Positions 50,576-64,000 of a stretch of DNA of 64,000 nucleotides are shown here, piece after piece. This stretch comes from Octopus vulgaris. Its lineage: Eukaryota. The stretch's first letter is position 1. Each line of letters starts with the position of its first letter. A model generated the notes under the pieces. The model saw only the letters and a list, made by a program, of their open reading frames with translations, ran no database searches and was not told where the DNA came from. The position numbers were made by a program, and so were the translations under genes. Location: assembly GCA_951406725.2 (NCBI GenBank), contig OX597830.1, positions 66,712,001-66,776,000 on the forward strand, in the 5' to 3' direction.

Positions 50576-51327
50576 CAGTGGTTCCCCCAAAGTGGGCAGT
50601 ATTGCTCCCTCGTGGGACAGTGGGAAGTTCCAAGGAGACATTGAAAAATAGTGGCATGATAATATAATTTTTTCCAGAAAATTTTTCTTTAACAGACTGG
50701 TGTTTAATATCGGTTGCTGTAATCAATTAACTTAACCCTTTCGTTACTGTATTTATTTTGAGATGCTCTGTGTTTCTTTTAATTACTTTAAATATAACAA
50801 AGAATTTAGTAAAATTACTTGGTTATCACTCAGCTAATGTTAGGAACATAAATTGTGACTAAGGTTTGGTGGAAGATTTTAATTCTAAACTTATGAAAAC
50901 AAGACATTTGTACTCAGAGCCAGAACCGGTTTCAGCCGGGCTGGTAACGAAAGGGTTAAATATCTCCTACAATCATCATCATCATCGTCGTCAATCATAT
51001 CATCATCATCACCATCATCAACATCTTCATCAACATTGTCTTCATCAATGCCGTTGTCACCACCACCACTTACTGTCTGTTTTTCATGCTGGCATTGGTT
51101 GGGTGATTCATGTAAAAAGTGTGTGTGGGGGGATAATGGAGTAGTGATTCATTTAAAAACAACAAAATAATGGATTTATTAGGTTAGGTTTTATTTGTGA
51201 AATGCAGTTGCTTTGAATTTGCTTCAGAAAGAGGTCTATGTTTGTGATGGTTAGTTGGGTTGGGGGTGCTAGGAATGTGGTCTGGGGGTCAAGGGGGCAG
51301 CAACCTGAAAAAGTTTGGGAACCACTG
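50576..51327. mobile_element. hAT (Charlie-type) non-autonomous element with a nested piggyBac MITE
   Basis: TIRs cagtggttccc / gggaaccactg; perfect 8-bp TSD gtttaaag; TTAA-flanked MITE at 50736-50955. Confidence 0.88.
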
Positions 51328-51539
51328 GTTTAAAGGGTTGTAAACTGATGACTAAAAGAAGGAGGTTTTAGAAATAATTCCAGAAGGTCATCATTATGGG
51401 GGAGAAAGGATTGGGAATAGTGTTGAGAGCAAAAACTTGTTGGTTGGATAGAGTGTAGATGATGAAAGGAGGAGGAGGAGAAGAAGGAGGAGAGATAAGT
51501 AAGTTGAGAGTTTCTGAATGGAGATAGCTTAAGACCAGC

Positions 51540-51830
51540 CAATTCTCATGAGCATAGGCCATAGTAGTAACAGTAGAAAAGGCTGAGAGAGGACACAGCC
51601 TGTCTGTCTTGCACAAGCTGAATAAAAGTGAGTCAAATGGCCTTCCACCGGATGCAGTTATTGATCTCTGTTAGTGCAGTAGCAGTACCATCCCAGATAT
51701 AGAAGCAGTACTCCATTGTGTACCTAACCTAAGCTTTGTAGAGAATGTGCAGTTATTGAGGAAGTAATTTTCTTGTTCTAAACGAAGTACTCGTTGGCCT
51801 TGGAGATGAAGTCAGCTATGTTAAGGAAAT
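51540..51830 (-). mobile_element. Decayed CR1/Crack-group LINE ORF2 fragment
   Basis: Minus strand reads HILYKA*VRYTMEYCFYIWDG, like the LYKAQVRPxMEYCSHIW thumb motif. Confidence 0.6.
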
Positions 51831-51912
51831 TTGTGCTTATGTTCATGAACTCTACACCTCAACAGCAAATAACGACTACAGATATGGTGTCATCCAAATC
51901 TAATCTACTCCT

Positions 51913-51976
<64 letters not shown>

Positions 51977-52373
51977 CTAGCAGTTTCACCTGGTGTTGCT
52001 CGGGTTTGTTTCGACCCTTTAGAATTGGAATTTTTGAAAAGTAAAAATTTTGCATTATGTAGCTTGTTATTCTCTTTAAGTGAACATTTTCTGGTTGAAA
52101 TACACTGAAAAATGGCGACACAGCAATAAAAAAATTGTAAAAAATAAGGATTTTCATAGAAAAAATGCACCTTTTTGATGTAAATAATTTTTGGTGTTAA
52201 CATGGTCCAATTTGAATTTTTTCTTCTACGGAAGGAAGAGCAAGCCTTCTTCTATCAAACTCTCAATTTTGGTCAACTTGCGCTACAGGGTCTCGGAGGA
52301 GATAGTGTTAGTTGAAGGCTACCAAACCTGCCACACACAGACAACTTCAGCTTTATATATATATATATATAGA
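51977..52373 (-). mobile_element. Helitron-type element with termini related to copies 1 and 2 but a different body
   Basis: actagcagtttcacctggtgttgctcgggtttg terminus; acacacagacaac...ctttatatat...aga at the other end. Confidence 0.7.
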
Positions 52374-53189
52374 TAGATAACAGAAAAACTTGGCTTAATT
52401 TACTGAAAGATTTGTTAAGCATTTCTGCATTACTGTCAAATGTTACAGGGAAAAGAATAATTTTGAACTCAAGGCAGTTTTGATTTCAGATAATAATTCT
52501 GGTCATCCTTCATATTTCAATTCATTCCAGGCATGCATTCTGCATTCTCTCATCTTTGACTCATTTTCATTCCACCAAACACAATTTCATTTGTAGAGCC
52601 TATAGTTGAATGAATTATCCCATCACTACCATCTTTACCATCTTCCCTGGTACTCCTACTCACACTTATGTAATGCAGGGTAGCCATGTATCTCCTTTAT
52701 AACAAGACAACCATGCATGTCCCTCTATCATACTGTGGTGGAGCATAAAGCCACCTCCACCACTCTCAAATACACTACCACCAACACAAGGTAGGGAGCT
52801 TTTCTTTTCTTGTATTGCAAGTTACTTTGGTAACCTCACAATTGATACTTACCTGTATCACACAAAAAAAGTACCCAGCATACTCGGTAAGGAAGTTGAT
52901 ATTATGAAGGGTACTCAACCATAGAAACTAAGCCAAAGCTGACATTGGAACTCAACACAGCCCAGCCCCTTGCTGGGTCCTTTCAAACCACCTAACGAAT
53001 GCCAGCATGGACAGCAGACATTAAATGGTGGTGGTGGTGGTGCTGGTGGTGACAACGACATTGATGAAGATGTTGACGGTGGTGGTGATGATGATGATGG
53101 TGATGGTGATGGTGATGATGATGATGATGATGAGGAGGAGGAGGAGGATTGTAGAAGACCTTTAAGTTAGTTGATTACAGCAACTGATG

Positions 53190-53600
53190 ATAAACACCAG
53201 TGTGTTAAAGAAAAATTTTGGAAAAAATTACATTATGCAAATAATGAAAGAAAAAAAAATGTTAAATGCCTGGGAAGAAGTTAATCGTGCCTCATTAGGT
53301 TTCAGAGCTAAAAAAAAAAAAAAGAAAATGAAGGAGGGAAAAAAAATTACATCTAAAATATAATTAAGAAGAACTTTAGGATTGGACGAAACATTTTCAA
53401 TCTGCAATAATAGCTTTGAACAAATGACACAAAAAAGGAGATTTGAAGACATTGATGCAGGAGATATCAATGATTTATTGTAAATTGATAACAAGACCCT
53501 CACCTTTTGGGACATTAAGGAGATAACAGAACTGCAGGCTTGTAGATCAGATAGCAAACAAGAGAGAGGCCTTAGTGAAGCAATGCATACTATGGAGTGA
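53190..53600 (+). mobile_element. Highly decayed pogo/Tigger-like transposase C-terminal remnant
   Basis: FWK...NAWEEV and FEDIDAGDINDLL*IDNKTLT resemble Tigger C-terminal motifs. Confidence 0.5.
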
Positions 53601-53980
53601 ATTTCAAAGATCAGTTCAAATTTTGAACAAAGTATGAAGTTAAAAAGTTGCCAATGGTAGGGCTAAATCTGCTCAATAATAGCAGGAAAGAATCAGGGGC
53701 TTGTGCACTTTTGCCCCAAATTTCTCTCACTCTTTCTTCCTGTTTCTTGAGTAATGCTGCGATGGACTGGTGTCCTGTCCAGCTGGGGGGGGGGGGGGGG
53801 CACATACGCCATAGAAACTGGGAAACCGGGCCCATGAGCCTGGTTAGGCTTGAAAAGGGTGCAAAGAAAGAAAGATGCTGTAATGTAGGTGCTTCAGCAT
53901 CCTTAGTCATTCGTAACAACGATTGAATTTTTTCCTTTATGGTATCACATTGTATTTGGCTGTCTTTATTCTTTTATATG

Positions 53981-54019
<39 letters not shown>

Positions 54020-54396
54020 AGATAGATAAAGAGTTTGTGTTTTTATTTGTAGATTTGAGTGATATGAAGGAATTGCTATCATATTGTATTTAACTGATTT
54101 TTTTTTTAAAGAGTCTCTAATTTGATGTCAAAAGCACCATCCGATCGTGGCCATTGCCATCCTTGCCTGGCCCCCGTGCCGGTGGCATGTAAAAAGCACC
54201 ATCCGACCGTGGCCGTTTGCCAGCCCCGTCTGGCACGTAAAATGCATCCACTACACTCACGGAGTGGTTGGCGTTAGGAAGGGCATCCAGCTGTAGAAAC
54301 ATTGTCAGATCAGACTGGAGCCTGGTGCAGCCTTCTCGCCTCCCAGACCCCAGTTGAACCGTCCAACCCATGCTAGCATGGAAAACAGACGCTAAG

Positions 54397-54434
<38 letters not shown>

Positions 54435-54577
54435 CTTGACGTTTGGCACTTCGTTGCACATATATGCACATGTGTGTGTGTGTGTGTGTGTGCATGTTCG
54501 TGTATTTGCTTACCTGCCTATCTTTCTTGTTAACCTTTCTAAACTTTATTTTTTGTTGTTGTTTATTTTCATTTCAG

Positions 54578-54676
54578 TATCATGAAAAATGTGCTTCGAG
54601 CATAAAACAAGAGTGTGATTTAGGAGAGTTCAGAGAGCATATTTTACCACCGACATCCATTGTTCCAGCAGTTGTG
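54578..54676 (+). CDS. DGKB: DGK exon (end of C1B plus extended cysteine-rich motif): YHEKCASSIKQECDLGEFREHILPPTSIVPAVV
   Basis: atttcag acceptor, gtaaga donor; 99 nt, phase 0-0; CDLGxxxxHILPP motif typical of DGKs. Confidence 0.94.
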
Positions 54677-54774
54677 GTAAGAAGAATCATTAACATAGTC
54701 TCAATAGTTTTTTTTCAAACATCAGTTTTGTCTGATATAAACCCATCACAGTTTGCTACGTAGTCATGCATAAT

Positions 54775-54795
54775 ATATTATTATTATTGTTATTA

Positions 54796-54847
<52 letters not shown>

Positions 54848-55010
54848 CATTATTACTATTATTATTATTATTATTATTATAACACCAAGTATATAGTGCG
54901 TTTGTTTTTATTGGCTAAACTGGCAATATGACCATTCCGAAATATAATAATATCTGTTTCAACACACGACTTCACATAAAAAAAAAATCTTGCACAACAA
55001 ATATTTAAAT

Positions 55011-55107
<97 letters not shown>

Positions 55108-55334
55108 AATTATTATTGTTATTATTATTATTATTATTAAAAACAGTGAGTGACAAAATCATCAGGACACTTCACAAAATACTTAGTAGCATTTGGTCTA
55201 TCTTTACGATCTGAGTTCAAATTCTGCCTTTTACCCCTCTTTGGAGTTGATAACATAAGTATCTGTTGGGTAGTGGGGGACCAACATTACTGACTAGCCC
55301 CTTTCCCCTCAAAAACTGGACCAAAATTTGAAAC

Positions 55335-55406
<72 letters not shown>

Positions 55407-55724
55407 TATTATTATTTTTAAAGACAATGAAATGCCAGAATTGCTAGCTCACTGAACAAAAACCCTTAGCATTGTTTCTTCAGGCTTTACATCCTGAGTT
55501 CAAATTCCACCAAGGTTAAATAACTTTACCTCTCACTCTTTTGGTATTATAAAATAAATGCTAGTAAAAAATACTAGAATCAATATAACCAAATAGCCAC
55601 CTTTCCACCAAATTTTCAGGCTTTGTACCTATAGTAGAAGGATTATTATTATTATTATTATTATTATGATTATTATTATTATTATTATTATTATCATTAT
55701 TATTATTATTATTACTATTATAAA

Positions 55725-55781
<57 letters not shown>

Positions 55782-55787
55782 TATAAA

Positions 55788-55820
<33 letters not shown>

Positions 55821-55850
55821 CATTATTATTATTATTATTACTATTATAAA

Positions 55851-55886
<36 letters not shown>

Positions 55887-55939
55887 CATTATTATTATTA
55901 TTACTATTATAAATATTATTATTATTATTATTATTATTA

Positions 55940-55974
<35 letters not shown>

Positions 55975-56002
55975 AATATTATTATTATTATTATTATTAT
56001 TA

Positions 56003-56037
<35 letters not shown>

Positions 56038-56050
56038 AATATTATTATTG
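54775..56050. repeat. (ATT)n microsatellite cluster, with a ~60-bp higher-order unit marked by tataaa at 55642-56050
   Basis: Direct reading. Confidence 0.95.
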
Positions 56051-56059
56051 TTGTTGTTT

Positions 56060-56460
56060 AACTGCACTACCAAGTATGGCTTTGTGTGTCTTATGTATGT
56101 ACACTGTGTGCGATACCTAGCATTGCTATTTTACGTATGTTATGCATATCTGTAAGTCTTAGGGTTGTGGTTATGTGTTCGTCTACATGTATTTTTATCA
56201 TTCCCAAAGTTCCTATTATTATAGAGATTGTTTCTGTTCTGTTCTCAGACCCCACTTTCAGGTTATTTCTGTTTCCAGATCTTTATATTCCTCGGTTTTT
56301 TTTTTTTTTTTGGTTTTTTTGAGCTACATTATCATCTGTTGGGATTGATATGTTGATTAAGAAATATTTCATTTCCTTTTGGTTCTCATCAACAATATCT
56401 GGTTGAATATCCTTTGATTTCTGTCTGTATATATTGGCATATCCCAGAGTATGGCTGGTT
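56060..56460 (-). mobile_element. Decayed R4-clade (Dong/Rex6-like) LINE, restriction-like endonuclease region
   Basis: Minus-strand frameshifted motifs ILWDMPI..., PDIVD, ISIPTDDNV, YKDLETEI, IIIGTLGMIK; embedded in (TAA)n. Confidence 0.7.
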
Positions 56461-56682
56461 TGCCATTCTTAGAGACCTATCATTATTATTATTCTTTTTA
56501 ACTCAGGTTTTGTTGGAACTCCTGGACTCTTGTATGCATAGTGGCCTTGCTGCCTGCAGCCAGCAGTACTATGCTATCTGTTCTTTTCAACTATCTAATT
56601 ATTTCCTGATCATCATCATTATTATTATTATTATTATTATCATTATTATTATTATTATCATCATCATTATTATTATCATTAT

Positions 56683-57645
56683 TGAGTGAGAGAGCAGTGC
56701 ATGCCATCAAAGTGACACTGGGGTAAAATATACAAAGCCCAGTATGCCCATCATGACTACCTGTCTGATAAGGGTACACCAAGCAAATGCATCACAACCA
56801 TATGTGCATGACACAGTGATCTCATGTCAAGACAAACAGCAAATGACCTTGTAGGTGGAACCCAGTTAGAATTTTCTTCAGCTCAAGTAGCCCAGCCCAC
56901 TCAAAAAGTCCCTGAATAAGGGTGTGTTTAAGGATGTTGAATGAAACACCCATTTTTCCAAAGGTGAATTATCCAAACCCCAAAGAATTCCTCTCAACAC
57001 ATGGCTATGATGCTCCCCCACTACTTCTACTCATGATCAGAGATGCACATATCGTCAGCCACTAAGGGACATGCTTATTATTATTATTATTATTTTTGAG
57101 TGAGAGAGCAGTGCATGCCATCAAAGTGACACTGGGGTAAAATATACGAAGCCCAGTATACCCATCATGACTACCCGTCTGATAAGGATACACCAGGCAC
57201 ATGTATCACAACCATATGTGCGCGACATGGTGATCTCATATCAAGATAAACAGCACATGACCTTGCAGGTGGGGCCCAGTTAGAACTTTCTTCTGGTCGA
57301 GTAGCCCATCCCGCTCAAAAGGTCCCTGAATAAGGGTTGTTTAAGGATGGTGAACGAACCACCCATGTTTCTGAAGGTGAATTACCCAAACCTCTAAGAA
57401 TTCCTCTCAACACATGGCGATGATGCTCCCCCACTACTTCTGCTCGTGATCAGAGATGGACATGTCATTAGCCACTAAGAGACATGGTCAACTGGTTACG
57501 GTCAAACAACTAACAAGCAAATCTGTGGTATTGAGCAGAATATTTGCTGTAGCCCATCTTTTATACCAAGACAAAACAATGTACATGATAACACTTCCAA
57601 TCAGTTAAGATCAGGAGCCAGGAGAGCCACTGCCTGGTACTGCAT
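56683..57645 (-). mobile_element. Two tandem copies of a retroelement 3' end with (AAT)n tail
   Basis: tgagtgagagagcagtgcatgccatcaaagtgacac at 56683 and about 57097; about 390 bp shared; each abuts (ATT)n. Confidence 0.85.
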
Positions 57646-57653
57646 TATTATTA

Positions 57654-57713
<60 letters not shown>

Positions 57714-57964
57714 TATTATTATTATTATGCCAGTTTACATTTTGAGATTGGTGAATTGATAGAGCATCAGGAAAAATGCCTTGAGATATTTTTGGAACAT
57801 TTCACTCTCTGAGTCCAAATCTTGCCAAGGTGAACTTTGCCTCTTGCCCTTTTGTGATTGATACCGATCGATATTTCATGTCAATTCTTTTGTCTCACTG
57901 CATTCAGTATAATTGATCGATCACCTTCCTTTAAAATTGCTAGCCTCATGCATAAATCAGAAAA

Positions 57965-58035
<71 letters not shown>

Positions 58036-60603
58036 TTATTATTACTATTATTATTATTATTATTATCATCGTTATATGATGGCGGCGAGCTGGCAGAATC
58101 ATTAGCATGCCAGCTAAAATTCTTAACCGTATTTCGTCTGCCACTACATTCTAAGTTCAAATTCCACCTAGATCAACTTTGTCTTTCATCCTTTTGGGAT
58201 CAATAAATTAAGCACCAGTTGAGTCCAGGGGTCAATGTAATTGACTTACACCACACTTAAAATTTCAAGCCTTGTACCTATAATAGAAAAGATTATCATC
58301 ATTATTTTTATCATTATTATTATTATTATTATTCATATTTGTATTAGTAGAAGCAGTAGTATTGAAGGTTGTGAGGTGGCAGTATTGTTACTGCACCAAA
58401 ATGCTTAGCAGCAGTTCTTCTGGTTTTATGTTCTGAATTCAAGGTCAAGGTCGACTTAGCTCTTCATCATTTTGAGGCCAATAAAATCACTACCAGTTGA
58501 ATACTAGATTTACGTAATCAACAATCTCCACCCTCGAAATTTCAGATCTCCTGTCTACATTACTATTGTTATGTATTTATATTGATGTTCGTAATTTGAT
58601 CAATGATTTTTCGTTGATTTTAGAAGAGTGGCGATGTACACTAACATCAAGCCACAGGTACTCCTCAGACGTCGCATTGCTTATTTAGATTAGGAACATA
58701 ACTGCATCATACGTTTGTGTCTTGTTGCTTTTTAGAGTGTGCTGAAAATATTTCATGTCAATTCTTTTGTCTTACATAATTTGAACAAATCAAATGTTAT
58801 TTTTAATGTTCTTAACATCAAAATGCTCCTTTTAATGTTCCCTAATATCAAAAGACAAAACAATCTGTAATTCTGATAACAATGTCTGGTCTGTTAATAA
58901 TAGTGGTTTTTATTAATGATGTGAGGATATTTTCCCTCAAGGATGGTATATTGATCATGGCTAGTCACTAGTTTCAAAATGTTCCAGTGCTGTTTGTCAC
59001 TGACTTGTACCCCTAAATGCCTGTACATCTTTCTGATTGATATGTTTGCTAATTTTATATACATTGCTTATGTCTTGTTTCAGGTATCTGAGAATTTTAC
59101 CTTGCATGGGCTGGTGTAATAGTGACCTTATTATTATTGTTGTTGTTGTTGTTATTGTTACTATCGTTATTGCTTAGTCACATTTCTTCCATGTTTAATA
59201 TGTTCGAAGCTAAATCCCACTGAAATCCAAATCTTTTGGGATTGATACAGTAAAGTACCAGTCAAGTACTGGGGTGGATGTAATTGACTTTTTTCTCTCT
59301 CTCTCTTCAAGAAATTGCTGGCCAGAATTAGAAAGAATTATTATTATCATTACTGTTTGGTGGTAATTCTTCTGGCTCTGTATCATTATGAGTTCAAATC
59401 CCACCAGGTTTAAGTTTACCTTACATCCTTTCAGAATCAATAAAACAATGTACCAGTCAAATACTGGGGTTGACATAATCAACCAACTCCATTCCTCTAA
59501 AACTCTTGATCTTGGGCCAAAGTTTGAAACAATTATAAAGATGTCAAGCTGTCAGAATTGCTAGTGTTAGATAAAATGCTAGGTGGCATTTCTACCAACA
59601 CTTCACTTCCTGAGTTCAAATCTCAACAAGGTCGACTTTACTTTTCATTCTTTCAGGGTTGATAAAATAACTGTTTCTATACATCTCCACTGATTATGAA
59701 GTGATTTCTTATGTCATCATCATCGTTTAACGTCCGTTTTCCGCGCTAGCACGGGTTGGACGGTTCGACTGGGGTCTGGGAAGCCAGGGGCTGCACCAGG
59801 CTCCAGTCTGATCTGGCAGAGTTTCTACAGCTGGATGCCCTTCCTAACGCCAACCACTCCGCGAGTGTAGTGGGTGCTTTTTATGTCCCACTGGCACAGA
59901 AGCCAGTCGGGGCGGCGTTGGCTGGCATCGGCCATGTTCGGATGGTGCTTTTTATGTGCCACCGGCACAGAAGCCAGTCGGGGCGGCGCTGGCATCGGCC
60001 ACATTCGGATGGTGCTTTTTATGTGCCACCGGCACAGAAGCCAGTCGGGGCGGCGTTGGCTGGCATCGGCCACGTTCAGATGGTGCTTTTTATGTCCCAC
60101 CGGCACAGAAGCCAGTCGGGGCGGCGCTGGCATCGGCCAATTTCTTAGATTTTTTTTTTGTGTGTTTGTTTTTGTTTTTCTGTTCCATGGTTACAAAATC
60201 TATTTTACAGGCCATGAAGCCTTACAGATTTTTTTTTTCTCTCATTTGGTTTAGTCTGTGTTCTCATTTCTTAATGTCTATCATCTCACACATTTTGTTT
60301 GAAAATAATGGCTACCTTAGAAAGCTATCATAACCTGTTAAAAAGTGTTCCTGTCATTTTGCACTGATAATTACACATTATTAAACTAATTAGTTGTAGA
60401 AACTGGTTCTCAGTGGTTTTACTTTTTTTTTTTTCTGATTTCAATTTCTATAGGAAAAATTCTACAATGCAACCATCATTTTTCTATTTAATGCTATTGA
60501 ATTTGCAGCACTGAAGTCTGGTATTTTATTGATTTTCAGAGTTCTTTCCAAAGACCATATCCCAAAATTGCTTACTTCATTTATTTATTTATTTATCTAT
60601 TTA

Positions 60604-60692
<89 letters not shown>

Positions 60693-61670
60693 AGTACTGA
60701 ATTTTCCATAATTAATAATATAGCAAAGCCCTTTAAAATTCAGAATATAGAAAAAAATCTCTCTAGGGATATACCATTTACTCAACCTTTATGAACTATG
60801 ATATCAACAGAAAAAAATAAATTATATGAAATTAAGCTAACGATGTTAACAATCAGCCCTAGTAATTTGTTAAAAATCATTTCCATTAGCAAGTCATGAT
60901 TATAATCATTTTTTTTTTTTTTTTACTATTTCTATTTCCTATACATCATAGACATGCTTGCTTTTTGATCAGTTGAGAGAAATTATTTTACAAATATATG
61001 CATTTATACAAACATAAATAAAGACTATGCAATAAGCACCAATCTAAAGCAAATAGCCAGCCAGCCTGCAATTAGGGCAATCAAATCTCTCTAAGAAACA
61101 ATTTAGGCAGCTTCCACCTGCTTCATGTTATGTACTGTAATATGTGCACTGAAGTCTTGTCAGCATTCATTCAACACATTTATAATATTGGCTAGAAAAC
61201 TTTAAACACTTTTCTCCAGTCTTGGCACAGAGTATTTTTCTAGATACTTTCAAAGTGTGGGATTTTGATATTGCTGTATCGTCAGAGACAAAAGCCAAAG
61301 ATTATCATGTAACACAGGCAATTGGTTAAAACATGCAGCCTACCACACCATGCTTTAATGAAGGCACACTTCATGTATTTTTTACCAAAGAACAGATTGA
61401 TTTAATATTATTAACTCTTTTGCAATTGTTTTCCTGGATATTTTTTCCCACCAGCTGCATGCATAATTTAAATTTAATTAAGATTTTGGAATTTTCTCCC
61501 CATTTTGGTTATTTGATATTTTGGAGTTGTTGATCCATTTCAGTTTTTGACATTTTTGGTCATCCTTGCTGGCCTTGATCAAACTTTTACATTGTTCTAA
61601 TGATTTCTCTTGGTCAATTAATTCATAGAGAACTTCAATTAACCTAAACATTAAGTTATGTATTGCTGCA

Positions 61671-61713
<43 letters not shown>

Positions 61714-61880
61714 CTAATTGGCGCTCTGTCAGTTATGATTATGTGGTTTCTAGTTGATCCAGAAATTAACATACAAGTGGCTGAGTATATATATATGTGT
61801 TGGAAAAGCCAATATATATATATATATATATGTATGTACATATATATATATTGGCTTTTCCAATGTGCAATAACTAAGTT

Positions 61881-61933
<53 letters not shown>

Positions 61934-61993
61934 TATACATACATATGTATATATATATGATGATGATGATGATGATGATGATATATATGTATG

Positions 61994-62066
<73 letters not shown>

Positions 62067-62844
62067 GTAACTTAGTTATTGCACACTGGAAAAGCCAGTC
62101 TTTATCTTTCTACTTAAATTGTACAAATTTCACTGACAAGATTCCGTGCTGTACAAATTTATAACTTTTGAAAAGTTCTGTCTGTGCACTCTAAGAAGCT
62201 TATTCCTAAGAAAAACACAGCATGTGTTTATTGAAGTAGCAGGCTGTTATTGACCACAGGGGTATAAGTTCAAACCTAACTTCTACATTCACCTAACCTT
62301 GCTTTTATTACTCTAAGTAAAGACACATTACTCTGTATTGGATTAGTCTGTCTGATAAGTTCCTTTCAATTTTTTTTTATTTTTAGTTGTGTAGAGAAAG
62401 TAATTGCTCCAACAATATGCAAATATCAAAATCTTTTAAAAACTCTCTAACTCATATTGACATAGAAGCATGTAAGTGACAAACTAGAAAAATATAACAA
62501 AATATGTTTTGTATGAAAAAAGCAATACACATATTACAGATGTCGATTTTATTTGATATCTTAATAAAATTTGAGGTAATTGAAATATAAGTATTAATAT
62601 TCAGAATTCTTAGACTTTGTTTTTTTACTTAAGTTTTTACGAAATTTTTTTAAGGTGATTTTTTTCTTCTTTTTTTCTTGTCTAATATTTTAGAATTTTT
62701 GAAGTAATGGTCTAGGAATTTTCACAAATTTTAAACTAGTTATTTTTAAAAGTTTTAACACACATCGTTTTACACATACATGCATACGTACATACAAATA
62801 TGTATGTATATGTGTGTGTATGAGTGTGTGTTTGTGTGTGTGTA

Positions 62845-62902
<58 letters not shown>

Positions 62903-63159
62903 TATTTATGAGATTTTTTTTCTATTATTCTAATATTTTAATAAAATTTTCAGAGGTCAGATCAGATTTTAGCAATTCTTTAGATTAAGATTTAGACTGT
63001 AGATTTTGATTGTAATTTTTAAAAAAATTTTTATTTTTATTATTTTTTTTTATATATATTTCTTAACTGCACCAATTATTTTGCAAAAGCTTTTGTTAGT
63101 TTCACTCACCCTCACTTCGACGGAATAGTTTTCCATTCATCTGTCTATCTGTCTTCTAG

Positions 63160-63222
63160 GAGTTAGCACGAAGACGTTCTCTTGTTGGAGAAGAGAGCAT
63201 AAATTTTAAATCTGAAGGAAAC
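63160..63222 (+). CDS. DGKB: Probable DGK linker exon: ELARRRSLVGEESINFKSEGN
   Basis: Pyrimidine-rich tcttctag acceptor, gtgagt donor; 63 nt, phase 0-0, open in frame after ...PAVV; position fits the variable C1B-catalytic linker. Confidence 0.7.
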
Positions 63223-63587
63223 GTGAGTAGTATTTGGTGTTTCCAGATGTTGTGTGCCTCTTCAAAGAGCTGATATATCATCAGTAGAGAATTTTGGCAC
63301 ATTTTGATTTGGTTTCGCCCTACCAATATAAACTAAATGAAGCAAAAATTCACACTATTTTTGATATGTCTTGCTTTATCTAAAACACTGCTATTTTCCT
63401 GTCTCCACCATCCCCCAATTTTTCATCAGTATCACCTATCTATTTCTAGCTATCACTCATGACCTGTCCCTTCCACCAGTGTCAGACCAATACTGATTCC
63501 TGATTCCTTTTAACAGTAATTGATATTAGATGAATACCCAAAGAAATTAGTATTTTCCATATATGTGTGTGTGTATATATCTATCTA

Positions 63588-63631
<44 letters not shown>

Positions 63632-63653
63632 AGTATACATATGTATACATACA

Positions 63654-63723
<70 letters not shown>

Positions 63724-63842
63724 ATATACATGTACCTATATACTCATATATATATAATTAACCTAAGTGGATATATCAGTTACAAATAGTTTCTAAACTA
63801 TTACCTCTCCAATAGTTCACATAACCCTATTTAGTGTATATG

Positions 63843-63932
<90 letters not shown>

Positions 63933-63934
63933 CA

Positions 63935-63976
<42 letters not shown>

Positions 63977-64000
63977 GATGTCATTATTATTAGATGTTAT

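Larger units (their letters stand above)
14454..63222 (+). other. DGKB: Partial span of a type I diacylglycerol kinase gene (DGK beta/gamma-like): EF-hand, C1A, C1B and linker exons; 5' and catalytic exons outside the window
   Basis: Eight AG/GT-bounded exons join in compatible phases to give [91 protein letters not shown]...-...HILPPTSIVPAVV. This is colinear with vertebrate DGK beta as I recall it (FMFRLYDTDGNGFLDS...[14 protein letters not shown]...HILPP). The symbol marks the closest vertebrate paralogue, not strict 1:1 orthology. Confidence 0.95.

Overview
AT-rich, microsatellite- and transposon-dense animal genomic DNA. The SINE families and repeat landscape suggest an octopus (coleoid cephalopod), which is an inference. 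The window lies inside one large + strand gene encoding a type I diacylglycerol kinase (DGK beta/gamma-like). I found eight small GT-AG exons (14454-63222) that splice in frame to give two EF-hands, C1A, C1B and a linker. The N-terminal and catalytic exons lie outside the window. The introns hold several tRNA-headed SINE families, RTE, CR1-like and R4 LINE fragments, Tc1/mariner and pogo fossils, piggyBac and hAT MITEs, Helitron-type elements and a 100-bp tandem array. The most unusual signal is a set of unrelated short elements sitting in (TA)n tracts. Several form near-perfect 80-130 bp-arm palindromes with a one-sided tail, and several carry minimal type I hammerhead ribozyme motifs with palindromic helix III, including U3-A8 compensatory core variants. 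They look like solo Penelope-like pseudo-LTRs in which a ribozyme sits next to its own antisense copy. Almost all ORFs in the supplied track are artefacts of microsatellites or SINEs. All coordinates were read by eye; repeat boundaries are approximate.
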